DNA of 64,000 nt from Candidatus Kapaibacterium sp. (lineage in GTDB: Bacteria; Bacteroidota; Ignavibacteria; Kapaibacteriales; UBA2268). The position numbers were made by a program, and so were the translations under genes. The stretch is from assembly GCA_963665665.1 (NCBI GenBank), contig OY762428.1, forward strand, positions 1,728,001-1,792,000, written 5' to 3'. The notes beneath the pieces are model-generated. The model had not been told where the DNA came from and searched no databases. It was given only the letters and a program-made list of their open reading frames with translations. Shown piece after piece: positions 1 through 9,832 of the stretch (position 1 is its first letter; every line of letters starts with the position of its first letter).

Positions 1-470
1 AACTCGGTTTTATTGCTTACATGGCGGCATGGAATAACATTATGCGTATCCACCTCGAAGAAGGGAATATTTATCAGCCCGGCTGTTTCTTTGTTCCATT
101 TGCTTTTTATCTTCAGTGGATCGAAATCTGTTATCAAAGTGCAGGCTTTGATTTCATTAACAAACTCTGCAACTTCAATGCCCGGATTGCCCTGCCTTAT
201 GACAAATGGAATATTAAGTTCACCAAGACGCTTCTTTATATCCGACAGCCCTCGGAGCATAAACCCGAACTGCCTTTTCCCGGCCCCGTGGAAATTATCA
301 GCAAGGCAGAAAAGAACAATCAGCGGCCGCTTCATTTCCAATGCTTTTTCCTGTGCGAAAAGCAGCGCATGATTATCGAACACCCGCTGGTCGCGGCTCA
401 TCCTGTAAATCACCGGGCCGTCGGCGCTTATACCGCTTTTTATTTTATAAATTCGTTCAGGCTGGATCAT
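1..470 (-). CDS. phr: Class II CPD photolyase (deoxyribodipyrimidine photo-lyase), 5' part; runs off the window
   Basis: Not in the ORF track. Manual translation from ATG at 470 gives MIQPERIY...GPVIYRMSRDQRVFDNHALLFAQ...FMLRGL...ITDFDPLK...EVDTHNVIPC, the class II photolyase N-terminal motifs. Confidence 0.85.
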   Translation of the reverse strand, partial: MIQPERIYKIKSGISADGPVIYRMSRDQRVFDNHALLFAQEKALEMKRPLIVLFCLADNFHGAGKRQFGFMLRGLSDIKKRLGELNIPFVIRQGNPGIEVAEFVNEIKACTLITDFDPLKIKSKWNKETAGLINIPFFEVDTHNVIPCRHVSNKTE

Positions 471-508
471 TTAATTAAATATATTATTCTAAATTTATGT
501 TTCATATA

Positions 509-1069
509 TCACCTCGGCCCAATAAAGCGGTCGCCATTGAAATGGATCAGGTGTTCCGGAAAATCCATAATCCATACCTCCGTATCCCATGCTATCGCGG
601 AAGTATGTTTTTTAAACTCGGCGAAATCCGGAAAAGCGCTAACGAATATTTTTCCGGCATAGCATTTTTCAAACATCTCATTCAATTCAATTATTCTTTT
701 TGGTGTTACCGGGCCGTGCGATGTTACCGCTTCAATCAGGAAAAGCCAGTTCCTTTCGGGATCGAATAATATTACATCGGGCAATTTTCCGTGTTCATCT
801 ATCGGGGCTCCTAATTCTTTCAAGAGTTTCTTATTCATGTACAAATTTTTCTTCTCGGTATCGCCAAGATAGATTAGCCGGGCTCCAACAGCAAAGCGTG
901 ATGCAAATTCCTCAACTACTGCGGCCTGTACAATATTATGCTTTCCCGGAGATAAATGAAGAGTTCTCCCATTCGACAATTTCACCGGAACTCTTGCCAT
1001 TTCTCTTTCCTGATTATATCTTTTTGAAAGTTCCGAAGGTTTTCCATATTTGTCATAAATTGCATCCAT
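509..1069 (-). CDS. BsuBI/PstI-family type II restriction endonuclease, C-terminal catalytic domain only; no methyltransferase nearby
   Basis: LSPGKHN, YLGDT, HGKLPDVIL, LFLIEAVTSHGP, IAWDTEVW and HLIHFNGDRFIGP motifs. Confidence 0.8.
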   Translation of the reverse strand: MDAIYDKYGKPSELSKRYNQEREMARVPVKLSNGRTLHLSPGKHNIVQAAVVEEFASRFAVGARLIYLGDTEKKNLYMNKKLLKELGAPIDEHGKLPDVILFDPERNWLFLIEAVTSHGPVTPKRIIELNEMFEKCYAGKIFVSAFPDFAEFKKHTSAIAWDTEVWIMDFPEHLIHFNGDRFIGPR

Positions 1070-1115
1070 TATACAAATATACGATAAATATCATTTTAAA
1101 TTGGTTGTTTTCCAA

Positions 1116-2309
1116 TCACCCCTTCTGTTGCTGTATAAGAGCGCGAATAAATGTTGACTGCATTCGGTGCACCAGCGAGCGCGTCATTTTGTCTACCTTG
1201 CTGATACTTTCGGTTGGGAGCTGAGATTTATATTCCTCGAAAAGCTGCTGTCGTATCATCTCGAATTTTTCTGCGTAGGGTTCCAGCATCTTGTTGTTTC
1301 TGGAATCTGCCCAGGCGTCAAACAGCCGGGCCTCGGCAACAATTATTTCCTCGGCAAGGGGAATATCCATCATCGCTTTTTGTCTTTCCTCATCCAGGAA
1401 GTGCTGCAGGTCGTTGATTGTATAAGCTTTAATATTTTCAGGTAGCCCGGCGGTATCAATATCTCTCGGGACTGCCATATCCACTATCAGGCGCGGGCAG
1501 CGCTCCTGCACGGCAAGCCTGTGAATCATTTCCTTATTAACGATAAAGCCTTTGGCTCCCGTGCTGGCAAACACTGCATTAGAGCTTGCGAGCGCCTTTT
1601 CGATTTCACTCAGGCCCATGGCCTGCCCGCCGTAGGTATGAGCCAACTCCTCGGCTTTGTAAAATGTACGGTTGACGAAAATAAATTTATCAAATCCCGC
1701 TTCGGAAAGAGCCGAAGCCATAATACGGGAGTTTTCGTTCACGCCGACGATGGCTATGGTATCGGTCGGACCGAGATTTTCCGTCATAATTTTTGCAGCC
1801 ACGCCGCCGGCCGATTGACGGCAGGCTCCCATGCAGGTATTACTCCTTACATTCTTTCCGGCGCGGAAAGCCCCGTGAAAAAGCCTGTGAAGTATTCTGT
1901 CGACGGTTTTTGCTGAACATGAAAGGCTGTATGCTTCCTTCACCTGGCCCTGTATCTGGTATTCACCTATAACAAGTGAATCAAGGCCGGAAATCACTCT
2001 GAACAAATGGCGCGTTGCTTCTTTAGCTTCGTGAGTATAGAATTTATCTTCGTCTGAAATCTCAATATCTCTGGAATGAAAGAAACGATTTAAAATATCG
2101 GCAGGTCTGGTTTTAACATCAATAACCATATATAATTCCATACGGTTGCAGGTGGCTACAAGGGCCGCCTCGGTCACTTCTTCATAGGAAGTTATTTCCT
2201 TAAGGGCATCAGGAACTTCCTTCCTGCTTATCTGATATTTTTCCCTTTGTTCCACCGTGGAGGTTTTGTGGTTTATCCCAATCACGGCAAGTTTATCTTT
2301 GTTGGCCAT
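1116..2309 (-). CDS. hemA: Glutamyl-tRNA reductase
   Basis: GINHKT, catalytic TCNRME, GLDSLVIGEYQIQGQVKEAY, DMAVPRDI. Confidence 0.9.
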   Translation of the reverse strand: MANKDKLAVIGINHKTSTVEQREKYQISRKEVPDALKEITSYEEVTEAALVATCNRMELYMVIDVKTRPADILNRFFHSRDIEISDEDKFYTHEAKEATRHLFRVISGLDSLVIGEYQIQGQVKEAYSLSCSAKTVDRILHRLFHGAFRAGKNVRSNTCMGACRQSAGGVAAKIMTENLGPTDTIAIVGVNENSRIMASALSEAGFDKFIFVNRTFYKAEELAHTYGGQAMGLSEIEKALASSNAVFASTGAKGFIVNKEMIHRLAVQERCPRLIVDMAVPRDIDTAGLPENIKAYTINDLQHFLDEERQKAMMDIPLAEEIIVAEARLFDAWADSRNNKMLEPYAEKFEMIRQQLFEEYKSQLPTESISKVDKMTRSLVHRMQSTFIRALIQQQKG

Positions 2310-2400
2310 TTCTATTTGTCCTGTAAGTCTTTCATATACAAAGCTATTTATCATACCCCCTCTTAATCCCCTCCTTTAAAAGGAGGTGAAAAAGGGGTGG

Positions 2401-4080
2401 TTAATCTTCTACATCCGGTTTCGCAAGAGCGAATTCCATACCGCCGCAAAGATAAACAACTTTTTCGAAACCTGAGTTCTTCAGCAAACGTGCAGCTTCG
2501 TAAGAACGAGGCCCACGCTGGCATATAATATTTATCTGCTCATCTTTCGGCAGTTCTCCAATTCTGCCACGCAATTCTTCTATTTGTATCATCCTGCATT
2601 CTTTTCCAAACGGATAAGCTTCAGCTTCGGCTTTTTCTCTTACGTCAAGGAATATACCGGGTAAATCAGGCATTACATGATAATCAGCTGCAACAATGTC
2701 ATCAACGTCTGTATTTATTATCATAGCGCCAATGTTATTCAACGGGCTCACAGGCGAGGAGTGCGTAGGTGTATAGGCATGTTCGGCATCAATCAGGTCG
2801 TAAGCGTCCGCTTTGTTTTTAAGCATTAAAGTAAACTGATCAATATAGCGTGTCAGTTCGCCGCATCCCGCCAGCTGAAGTCCAAGAAGCTGCAATGTAT
2901 CTTTTTCGTAAACCACTGTTGCATTCAGATTTTTATGTTCGGGATGATATTCCGGCCTGTCGTAGAAATTGGCGTTCATAGCCTCAGCGTTTATTCCAAG
3001 CGCTTTTGCTCCGGCAAGGTTCAGGCCTGTAGCGGCAATTGTTAATCCGAATACTTTCAGTGAAATTGCTCCGGCAGCCCCCTTGAATTGCGATTCCCTG
3101 CCTGCTATATTATTTGCTATCACACGGCCCTGCCTGTTTGCCAGCGAACCAAGCGGCATTATTTCCGCAACGCCGCTCACCAGGTTTGGAACTTCGCAGC
3201 AATCACCACCGGCGTAAATATCAGGATCATTCGTGCGCATAAATTTATCTACGATTATTCCATTCTGTTTTCCTGTTTCTATTCCGCACGCCTTTACCAG
3301 TTCTGTTACAGGTTCCACGCCAGTACATACAAACATATAATCGGCGCTTATTTCTTCTCCGTTTTCAAGTTTTACCACGGGCATATCGTCGTCATTTACA
3401 GCGGCTTTAACAACTTTTGTGGAAGTCATTACCCTTATATCCTCGGCTTCGAGCGCTTTTTCGAGAAATGTGGAAATACCCTTGCTTATGCTGCGGGGAA
3501 GCAGGCTGTCCTGAAGCTCGATAAGGGTGGTTTCAATTCCCCACAGGCTTACCATTGCCTCTGCAAGTTCCACCCCAATGAAGCCCCCGCCGACAATTAT
3601 CGCCGAGCCTACCTGCCCGGTCTGCGCTTTCTGGCGGAATTTCTTTGCATCCAATGGATTATGGAAGGATGATATATTCTCATGTTCCGGACATTCGAAA
3701 GGAGCTTTCAGCGGCCGGGCACCGGTGGAAATAATTAGTTTGTCATATCTTTCTGTTGTTTCTTCGCCGGACTTCAGGCCTTTGATATTTATTGTTCTAT
3801 TTTCCCTGTCGATAGCAGTTACTTCAGTTTCTGTACGTACTTCCACGCCTTTTACATCATTAAAGAATTTAGCATCTCGCACAACTCCCCAGGTAGTTTT
3901 TGCAAGGTCGAAAAAACCGTCAACGTCGCCGGAGGCGAACAACGGCATACCACAAGCCCCGTAGGACACGAAAGGACGTTTTTCAATAATAGTTACACTG
4001 CTTTCCGGCATAAGCCTTTTCAGCCTTGCTGCGGCCTTACATCCTGCTGCCATTCCGCCGATAATAAATATTTTCTCCAT
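2401..4080 (-). CDS. FAD-dependent CoA-disulfide/persulfide reductase with C-terminal rhodanese domain
   Basis: IIGGMAAG, SYGACGMP active Cys, IVGGGFIGVE, IYAGGDC, rhodanese CQRGPRS. Confidence 0.85.
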   Translation of the reverse strand: MEKIFIIGGMAAGCKAAARLKRLMPESSVTIIEKRPFVSYGACGMPLFASGDVDGFFDLAKTTWGVVRDAKFFNDVKGVEVRTETEVTAIDRENRTINIKGLKSGEETTERYDKLIISTGARPLKAPFECPEHENISSFHNPLDAKKFRQKAQTGQVGSAIIVGGGFIGVELAEAMVSLWGIETTLIELQDSLLPRSISKGISTFLEKALEAEDIRVMTSTKVVKAAVNDDDMPVVKLENGEEISADYMFVCTGVEPVTELVKACGIETGKQNGIIVDKFMRTNDPDIYAGGDCCEVPNLVSGVAEIMPLGSLANRQGRVIANNIAGRESQFKGAAGAISLKVFGLTIAATGLNLAGAKALGINAEAMNANFYDRPEYHPEHKNLNATVVYEKDTLQLLGLQLAGCGELTRYIDQFTLMLKNKADAYDLIDAEHAYTPTHSSPVSPLNNIGAMIINTDVDDIVAADYHVMPDLPGIFLDVREKAEAEAYPFGKECRMIQIEELRGRIGELPKDEQINIICQRGPRSYEAARLLKNSGFEKVVYLCGGMEFALAKPDVED

Positions 4081-4519
4081 TTTCACTGCCTTGTAAATGT
4101 TTAATAATCTATTTGATTTCAGTGTGTTCAAATCGTTATATTTTTAAATTGTCATTATAAATAGTTTAATCTTTGTCATTCTGAACAAAGTGAAGAATCT
4201 AATTCTTTTACTATAGCAGCCAGAATAATAGAATTATTACGCCTTTCGGTAACAGATTTTCAATCAGCCGATACCGGCATCATTTCCAAATTATAATTTA
4301 TAATCTTAAGATCGCTATTAAAAATTTATCTGATTTTTATAATTCAAATGTTGTTAGGTTGTTTCCGGCAGGATGAGTAAATATCTTCTTAATTTGAACG
4401 GCCTAATATACCATTTAAAATACACTTGTTAAAGCAATCTATTGTATAAAAAGAAATTACACTCAGCAAGAATGCTGTCTTTCAGCCAATTCCCTCAGTA
4501 AGAATAATAATTATATAAC

Positions 4520-5270
4520 TGATATGATTAAAATAATATAATATCCTATAAATATTTAAGTATGAATTATCAAATATTTAACCTGATTTATAAAATCAAT
4601 GAACCTGATTATAATATTAATAGTATTGTTTAAACTATTAATTATCAATGTAATAATTTATTATATCCAATTTAAAAAATTATTGATATGAATTAGTAAA
4701 TAAAATATCTGTTTTATAATATTTACGATATGAATTATGAAATATCTAATACATCTAATTAAAAAGGCATACTATATAAATTATTATGTATATCATTTAT
4801 TTAATAGGATATATTTAAAATAATATCAGATATAAAAATAATATAATAATATGAGTATTATATTTAATTATTTATATAAAAAGTTTTGTTAGATAAACTA
4901 TATCAACGGTAGAATAAATTTAAAATATTATTATAAATATTGAATATATATGATGTTATGTTTATAATAGATTAATTTGTATTATTAATATTATTATTTT
5001 ATCAATATATATTATCTTTCCGGATAAACTTTCGATATTTGCTGGTATGCCAACGTAGTTCCAGCACTGATATTCAATTTAAGGGATAGTAACAAAGCAG
5101 TGCAGCAGCAGAGAAAGAAAGATTATTTGCATGATATTGATTTTCCGAACCGGATATTCGAGATTTCAGGACAGAGGTTCGATATTCGCAGGCAGGAATG
5201 GTATTGGTTAGAGAATGTTTTGGCTTTTCCGGACCGGATATTTGGTTTTTTGTAGAAAATATTCGGTAAA
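4520..5270. repeat. Extremely AT-rich non-coding tract with degenerate 21-nt periodicity
   Basis: ATGAATTA at 4562, 4688 and 4730 (multiples of 21). TTTTCCGRACCGGATATT at 5141 and 5225 (84 apart). Confidence 0.5.
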
Positions 5271-5366
5271 AAGAAGTGTGTAAAGCATCAAAGCTATGTT
5301 GTTTTTGTTCTCTGATGAAGAATGTCCGGACATTAATATCTGCTTAAAAGCTATACTAATCAAATA

Positions 5367-8300
5367 CTACCTATATATTGTAACCATTGCGGAATGAAGG
5401 GATTCCGGCCCGCTGTAACGGAAAATATATATGCCGTCAGGCAGCTGACCGAAGTTAAGTTCTGTTGATTTTTTATCAAGATTATATTTCTCAATTTCCC
5501 GGCCCTCGATGGTAAATACGGACAGGATGCCCCCGGTATTCGATGCGGAAATTTCCACACTGCCAATTGAGTTAACAGGATTTGGAGTAATGTTCAGCCC
5601 GGGTTCCCCGAATATAATATTGTTTACCAGGCCGTAAGCGCAGGATTGTATCTCTATACTTCCCGAACGTAAGCTCGTTTTTATCAGTTCGCTTTCAATT
5701 TCAGCCGAATATATTTCAAGCGGGAAAATCCTGACATCATTCAATAGCGACTTACCGGGAATTTCGAATAGTAAATATTTCCCCCTTCGTACAGTATCAA
5801 TCATGCCTTCCTTTTTAAGGTAAGCAAATTTGCTGTCCGATCGGTAATCAAATCCTGCCGGTTCGGCAAGGAAGGATTCCAGCGGGTAGCGTATCACGAT
5901 TGAATATGGAAGTTTGTACAGAACAGTATCAAAATCAAAATCCGCGTAAACAGGTATCTTTATGATTTCTCCAATATTGGCAAGTGTGTCGGGACAGGAT
6001 ACCAGGCAGGGAAGCCCGACACCAGTTCCGGCAAGAGTGAAGACAGGTATATTAACAAGTTCAGACGAATAAAATTCCAATGCCGCCCCGGTACGGCCAA
6101 ATTCTAATGGAGAAAATCTGAAATTCATATCTTTGGTTTCCCCGGCGGCCAGAAGAAAGGCGCCGCCACCGGAATTTATTGAAAAATAATCTTTTCCGAA
6201 GCCTGTAATCTTAATGCTGTCAATCAGCAGGTTGGTATTGCTGATATTTTCAATCACGGGGTTGATGCTGTCTATATGGTTAGCTACCGGAACCAGCCCG
6301 AAATCGAGAATATCAACGGCAAGACGTATCTTGTTCTGTGAGCCAGTCCCACGGATACTGCATTCTACGCTGTCGCATGAAGTTAAAAATATAATTTGCG
6401 CGTTCCTGGCGCCGATATCGGAAGGAGTAAACCATATTTCCAGAGGAAATGTGCCGCCCGGAGGAATTACAAGCGGCGGCTGCACGTTTGTAATAGCGAA
6501 ATCGGCTGCGGCTGACCCTGTGATTTTTACTCCATTAATTGTAAGTGGAAAAATATCGTCGTTATTTATCATTATATTGTTAATAAGAGTGTCCTTCCGA
6601 ACCCCTTTATAGGATTCTCCTATATCAATATTATCAACAGCAAGTTCAGGGCAGCGTATTTCCCAAACATCATCGGAAACATCTTCGATATATCTGTTCC
6701 CCGATATCTTCCACACAAAAGCGCTGCTGTCCCTTTTGGTTATCAGGGTATCTTCTCCGAATGCCGCCTTATCCGAGAAATAACCGCATGAATAAATACT
6801 GCCATCCATATCTGTAAAAATATTGGTTATTAGGTCAACTCCGCGGGCTCCGGCAGTTTTAGCGAAACTATCATTCCCCAGGGGATCAATTTTTGCAATA
6901 AATGCATTGGGCCCCTGCGATGTCCAGTGGGTAACAGACCCAAGACTGAGACCGGATTTGAACCAGCCGCCAAGAATAAGATTCCCGAGATCATCTTTCG
7001 CAAAATATGTTGTCGCATCGTCTCCTATGCCCCCGTTATTCTCCGTCCACTCAACATTTCCGTCTGCATCTAATTGAATGTAATAACCGTCGCGGGCACT
7101 ATTGGAATACCTTACTGTTTCGCCAAATTGAGTTTTTTTATCATAATCGCCGGACATCAGAAGCTTGTCTCCGTAGGTAGTCAGGGAAAATACTCTTTCA
7201 TTGTACTCGTGCCCGTAGGATTTCAAAATCCTTATTTGATCGCTTTCATCGAAGGAAAGGAGAAAGATATCTCCGTTGCCCCAGGAGTTAACTCCCTTGC
7301 CGTTAATGAAAAACAGATCCCCATAGTGGCCGGCAACATAAACATCTCCGCCGTCGATTGCAGCCATCCTTACTGCTTCGTCAAAATAATGCCCGCCTCC
7401 CCCGCTGATGCCAAACATTACATTCAAATCCCTATCATATTTTATTATTAGCGCGTCGCCGGAACCGATACTGTACAGGATATCGCCCCCAATTGTTATC
7501 CGCTCGGTGAATGAACCCGCAGCCCAGATGTTCCCGTTGCTGTCCCTGCACATACAGTTAAAAATTTCGAACCCTATGCCGTCCGGATTATTAAAACCTG
7601 TAAAATCCATACCCGGATCAACTCTGGCGATAAATGCGTCTCCCTTTTCAGAGGCGTTCTTCGGAAGGCTGCCAAAATCAACATCGCCTGTAAATGAACC
7701 ACAGATCAGCGCGTTGCCATTGCCGTCCGACATTATCTCCCCGGCAAGTTCCGCGCCCGGGCCGCCAATTGTTATAAGGGTGTCCAGCGATCCGGATTCA
7801 CTAAGCCTTGCCAGGAACAGGTCTGTTTCTCCTGCCGAATTAACAATCTTTCCCATAAAATCCGCGCTGCCCTCGAACTGCCCGAAAACCCATACGCCGC
7901 TGTTGTCAACCATAATATCCGTAGGAGTAATTACTTCATTGCCGCTAAACCCGCGGGCCCAGTTCGATTCGGAGAATGTTCCGGCCTTCAGCAGACACTG
8001 TTCGGAACTGACAGACGGTACTTTCCACTGGTAATTATAGCCGTAAACCTTATCGATATCTGTCCAGTTTGAGCCATTATTTAGGCTGAATTTTAAATCC
8101 ACCAATTCCGAAGCCCTGTTGCCTGACCATTCCAGCGTGGTGTCGCTGCCTGCAAGAAGAACTTCACCTCCGTTTGGTTTTAACACTTTGATTCCGTCTT
8201 CTCCGGCAATGGCGCCGCCGCTCAGGTACAGAGTATTGCCAAGGCATGCATTTGTAATTAATTTCAGGTATGCTCTAACGTATTGTGAATCCACGGGATT

Positions 8301-9404
8301 GAACGATACTCTCAGGTTCTTCTGCCTGCCTTCTTCAATTAAAAGCGGCAGCTCGGATACCGTTGGTTGCTCCACACGGAAGCGGCTGTCGGAAAAATCA
8401 AACCCGTATATCTCTACATCGCCGTTAACTGCCGTCATTGTTATGTCTTGATAGTCGCTGGCGCCGGGAAGTATCAGCCCGAAATCCAGGTAAGACGAAG
8501 GTGAAAGGCTCAGCCTTGGTTCAAGTTTAGTCGGCGGGAAAAATGTTAGCTCATAAGTATAATTGTAGGGCAGAAGTTTTATCTCTGTTCCCGGATCAAA
8601 ACTACAAACTGATGATACCCATTCAATTGTGCAGCTTCCGTCAGTAAATATATCGGAAAACAAGGCCCCGGCAATTTCCTCGGAAGTTGATTCGTTTGCA
8701 TTTCCATATACCCGGCCACCTGTGGAAGATGCGATCATTCTCAGATTATAACCCACCGACATATTGATGACAACAGGATAGATTGATGCATCAATATTAT
8801 TTGCACGGGTTACAACATCATTTACATCGGCATCTCCCGCTCCGTCAGTAAGCAGAATAATTGCAGGTTTATTAACTGCATTTTCAGCTATATTCAAAGC
8901 GCCGAACTGAAGCTCTGTAAGAGCAGCGTTGAAAGAAGTACCGCCGTTAGCGCTGATATTATCGAGCCTGTCGGTAATTTCAGATTTCTCATTTGTAAAA
9001 TCTTTTACAATATAGTTTTTTGAATTAAATGTTATAAGTGCATATTCGGCCATACCCTCGGGAACATAATCCAAAATGCCCGTTATTATTTTTTTAGCTA
9101 TGCTTAGCCCTGAAGTAGCCATTGAACCGGATACATCAAGTGCGAATACCACTGATGCCGGTTGGAACTGACCGCTCCCGGTACAGCCGGCATAAAGAAC
9201 TTCCTTTATGCCGCCCCGGTCTGTAATTTCAAAATCATTTTTTGAAAGATTGGTTAACATCTTGTTGTTATGGAAAGCTTTAAACTGTGCCTTGACAACC
9301 GGAAATTCGCTCATATCCGGATTGTAAACCAGAAGTTGGGCGCTAATGGTTTCAAATCCTAAAAAAATTATAATTATTAGAAGTATTTTGTTTAAGTTTT
9401 TCAT
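5367..9404 (-). CDS. Large secreted protein: vWA domain, beta-propeller repeats, Ig-like (choice-of-anchor D/ASH) domains and T9SS C-terminal sorting domain
   Basis: Signal peptide, MIDAS DVSGSM...LLTDG, repeated D-x-x-GN-x-Y blades, C-terminal ITPNPVN...LPDGIYIF. Confidence 0.8.
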   Translation of the reverse strand: MKNLNKILLIIIIFLGFETISAQLLVYNPDMSEFPVVKAQFKAFHNNKMLTNLSKNDFEITDRGGIKEVLYAGCTGSGQFQPASVVFALDVSGSMATSGLSIAKKIITGILDYVPEGMAEYALITFNSKNYIVKDFTNEKSEITDRLDNISANGGTSFNAALTELQFGALNIAENAVNKPAIILLTDGAGDADVNDVVTRANNIDASIYPVVINMSVGYNLRMIASSTGGRVYGNANESTSEEIAGALFSDIFTDGSCTIEWVSSVCSFDPGTEIKLLPYNYTYELTFFPPTKLEPRLSLSPSSYLDFGLILPGASDYQDITMTAVNGDVEIYGFDFSDSRFRVEQPTVSELPLLIEEGRQKNLRVSFNPVDSQYVRAYLKLITNACLGNTLYLSGGAIAGEDGIKVLKPNGGEVLLAGSDTTLEWSGNRASELVDLKFSLNNGSNWTDIDKVYGYNYQWKVPSVSSEQCLLKAGTFSESNWARGFSGNEVITPTDIMVDNSGVWVFGQFEGSADFMGKIVNSAGETDLFLARLSESGSLDTLITIGGPGAELAGEIMSDGNGNALICGSFTGDVDFGSLPKNASEKGDAFIARVDPGMDFTGFNNPDGIGFEIFNCMCRDSNGNIWAAGSFTERITIGGDILYSIGSGDALIIKYDRDLNVMFGISGGGGHYFDEAVRMAAIDGGDVYVAGHYGDLFFINGKGVNSWGNGDIFLLSFDESDQIRILKSYGHEYNERVFSLTTYGDKLLMSGDYDKKTQFGETVRYSNSARDGYYIQLDADGNVEWTENNGGIGDDATTYFAKDDLGNLILGGWFKSGLSLGSVTHWTSQGPNAFIAKIDPLGNDSFAKTAGARGVDLITNIFTDMDGSIYSCGYFSDKAAFGEDTLITKRDSSAFVWKISGNRYIEDVSDDVWEIRCPELAVDNIDIGESYKGVRKDTLINNIMINNDDIFPLTINGVKITGSAAADFAITNVQPPLVIPPGGTFPLEIWFTPSDIGARNAQIIFLTSCDSVECSIRGTGSQNKIRLAVDILDFGLVPVANHIDSINPVIENISNTNLLIDSIKITGFGKDYFSINSGGGAFLLAAGETKDMNFRFSPLEFGRTGAALEFYSSELVNIPVFTLAGTGVGLPCLVSCPDTLANIGEIIKIPVYADFDFDTVLYKLPYSIVIRYPLESFLAEPAGFDYRSDSKFAYLKKEGMIDTVRRGKYLLFEIPGKSLLNDVRIFPLEIYSAEIESELIKTSLRSGSIEIQSCAYGLVNNIIFGEPGLNITPNPVNSIGSVEISASNTGGILSVFTIEGREIEKYNLDKKSTELNFGQLPDGIYIFRYSGPESLHSAMVTIYR

Positions 9405-9492
9405 TATTATCTCCAACCCATAAATGTTTAAATCCTTTAAATATTAATGTGATTTCCCGTTCTGATCTTCCAAAAATACAGCCTTTTGAGAA

Positions 9493-9623
9493 TGTCATTC
9501 CCCGACACGCCGGGGCCGGCTTCCGGAGCGAAGCGACTGAAGAATCCGGATTTCTTTTCAAATACTATTTATGAATCTAATAACTTTTATTACAATGGAT
9601 TCTTCACTTCGTTCAGAATGACA
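9493..9623. repeat. REP-like palindromic doublet (GTCATTC...GAAGAATCC / GGATTCTTCAC...GAATGAC) with a nested short palindrome
   Basis: The same family recurs near 4174, 44044-44171, 46670-47190, 48335-48590, 49750-49845 and 54876-54983. Confidence 0.7.
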
Positions 9624-9832
9624 AATCTCAAAAATTCAGGCTTTCGAGACAACCCCGTTGCAAGGGTCGCCATTATGTGATTTGAGAATGTACCAAAAAT
9701 TTTCGTTTCATATCAGATTCTGCCCATAATATATAAAATATTATCTACATCGATTATTAAAATAACAAACTGAAATATGAAAAGTGCCCTGCCTAAATTG
9801 AAGAAAAATTGAAACTATTATAAGAAAAAAAT

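Noticed and set aside
13-1224. Plus-strand ORFs at 13, 21, 497 and 700
   Set aside because: Antisense to the photolyase and BsuBI-like genes
4520-5020. Chromosomal replication origin
   Set aside because: AT-rich, but no DnaA-box cluster is visible
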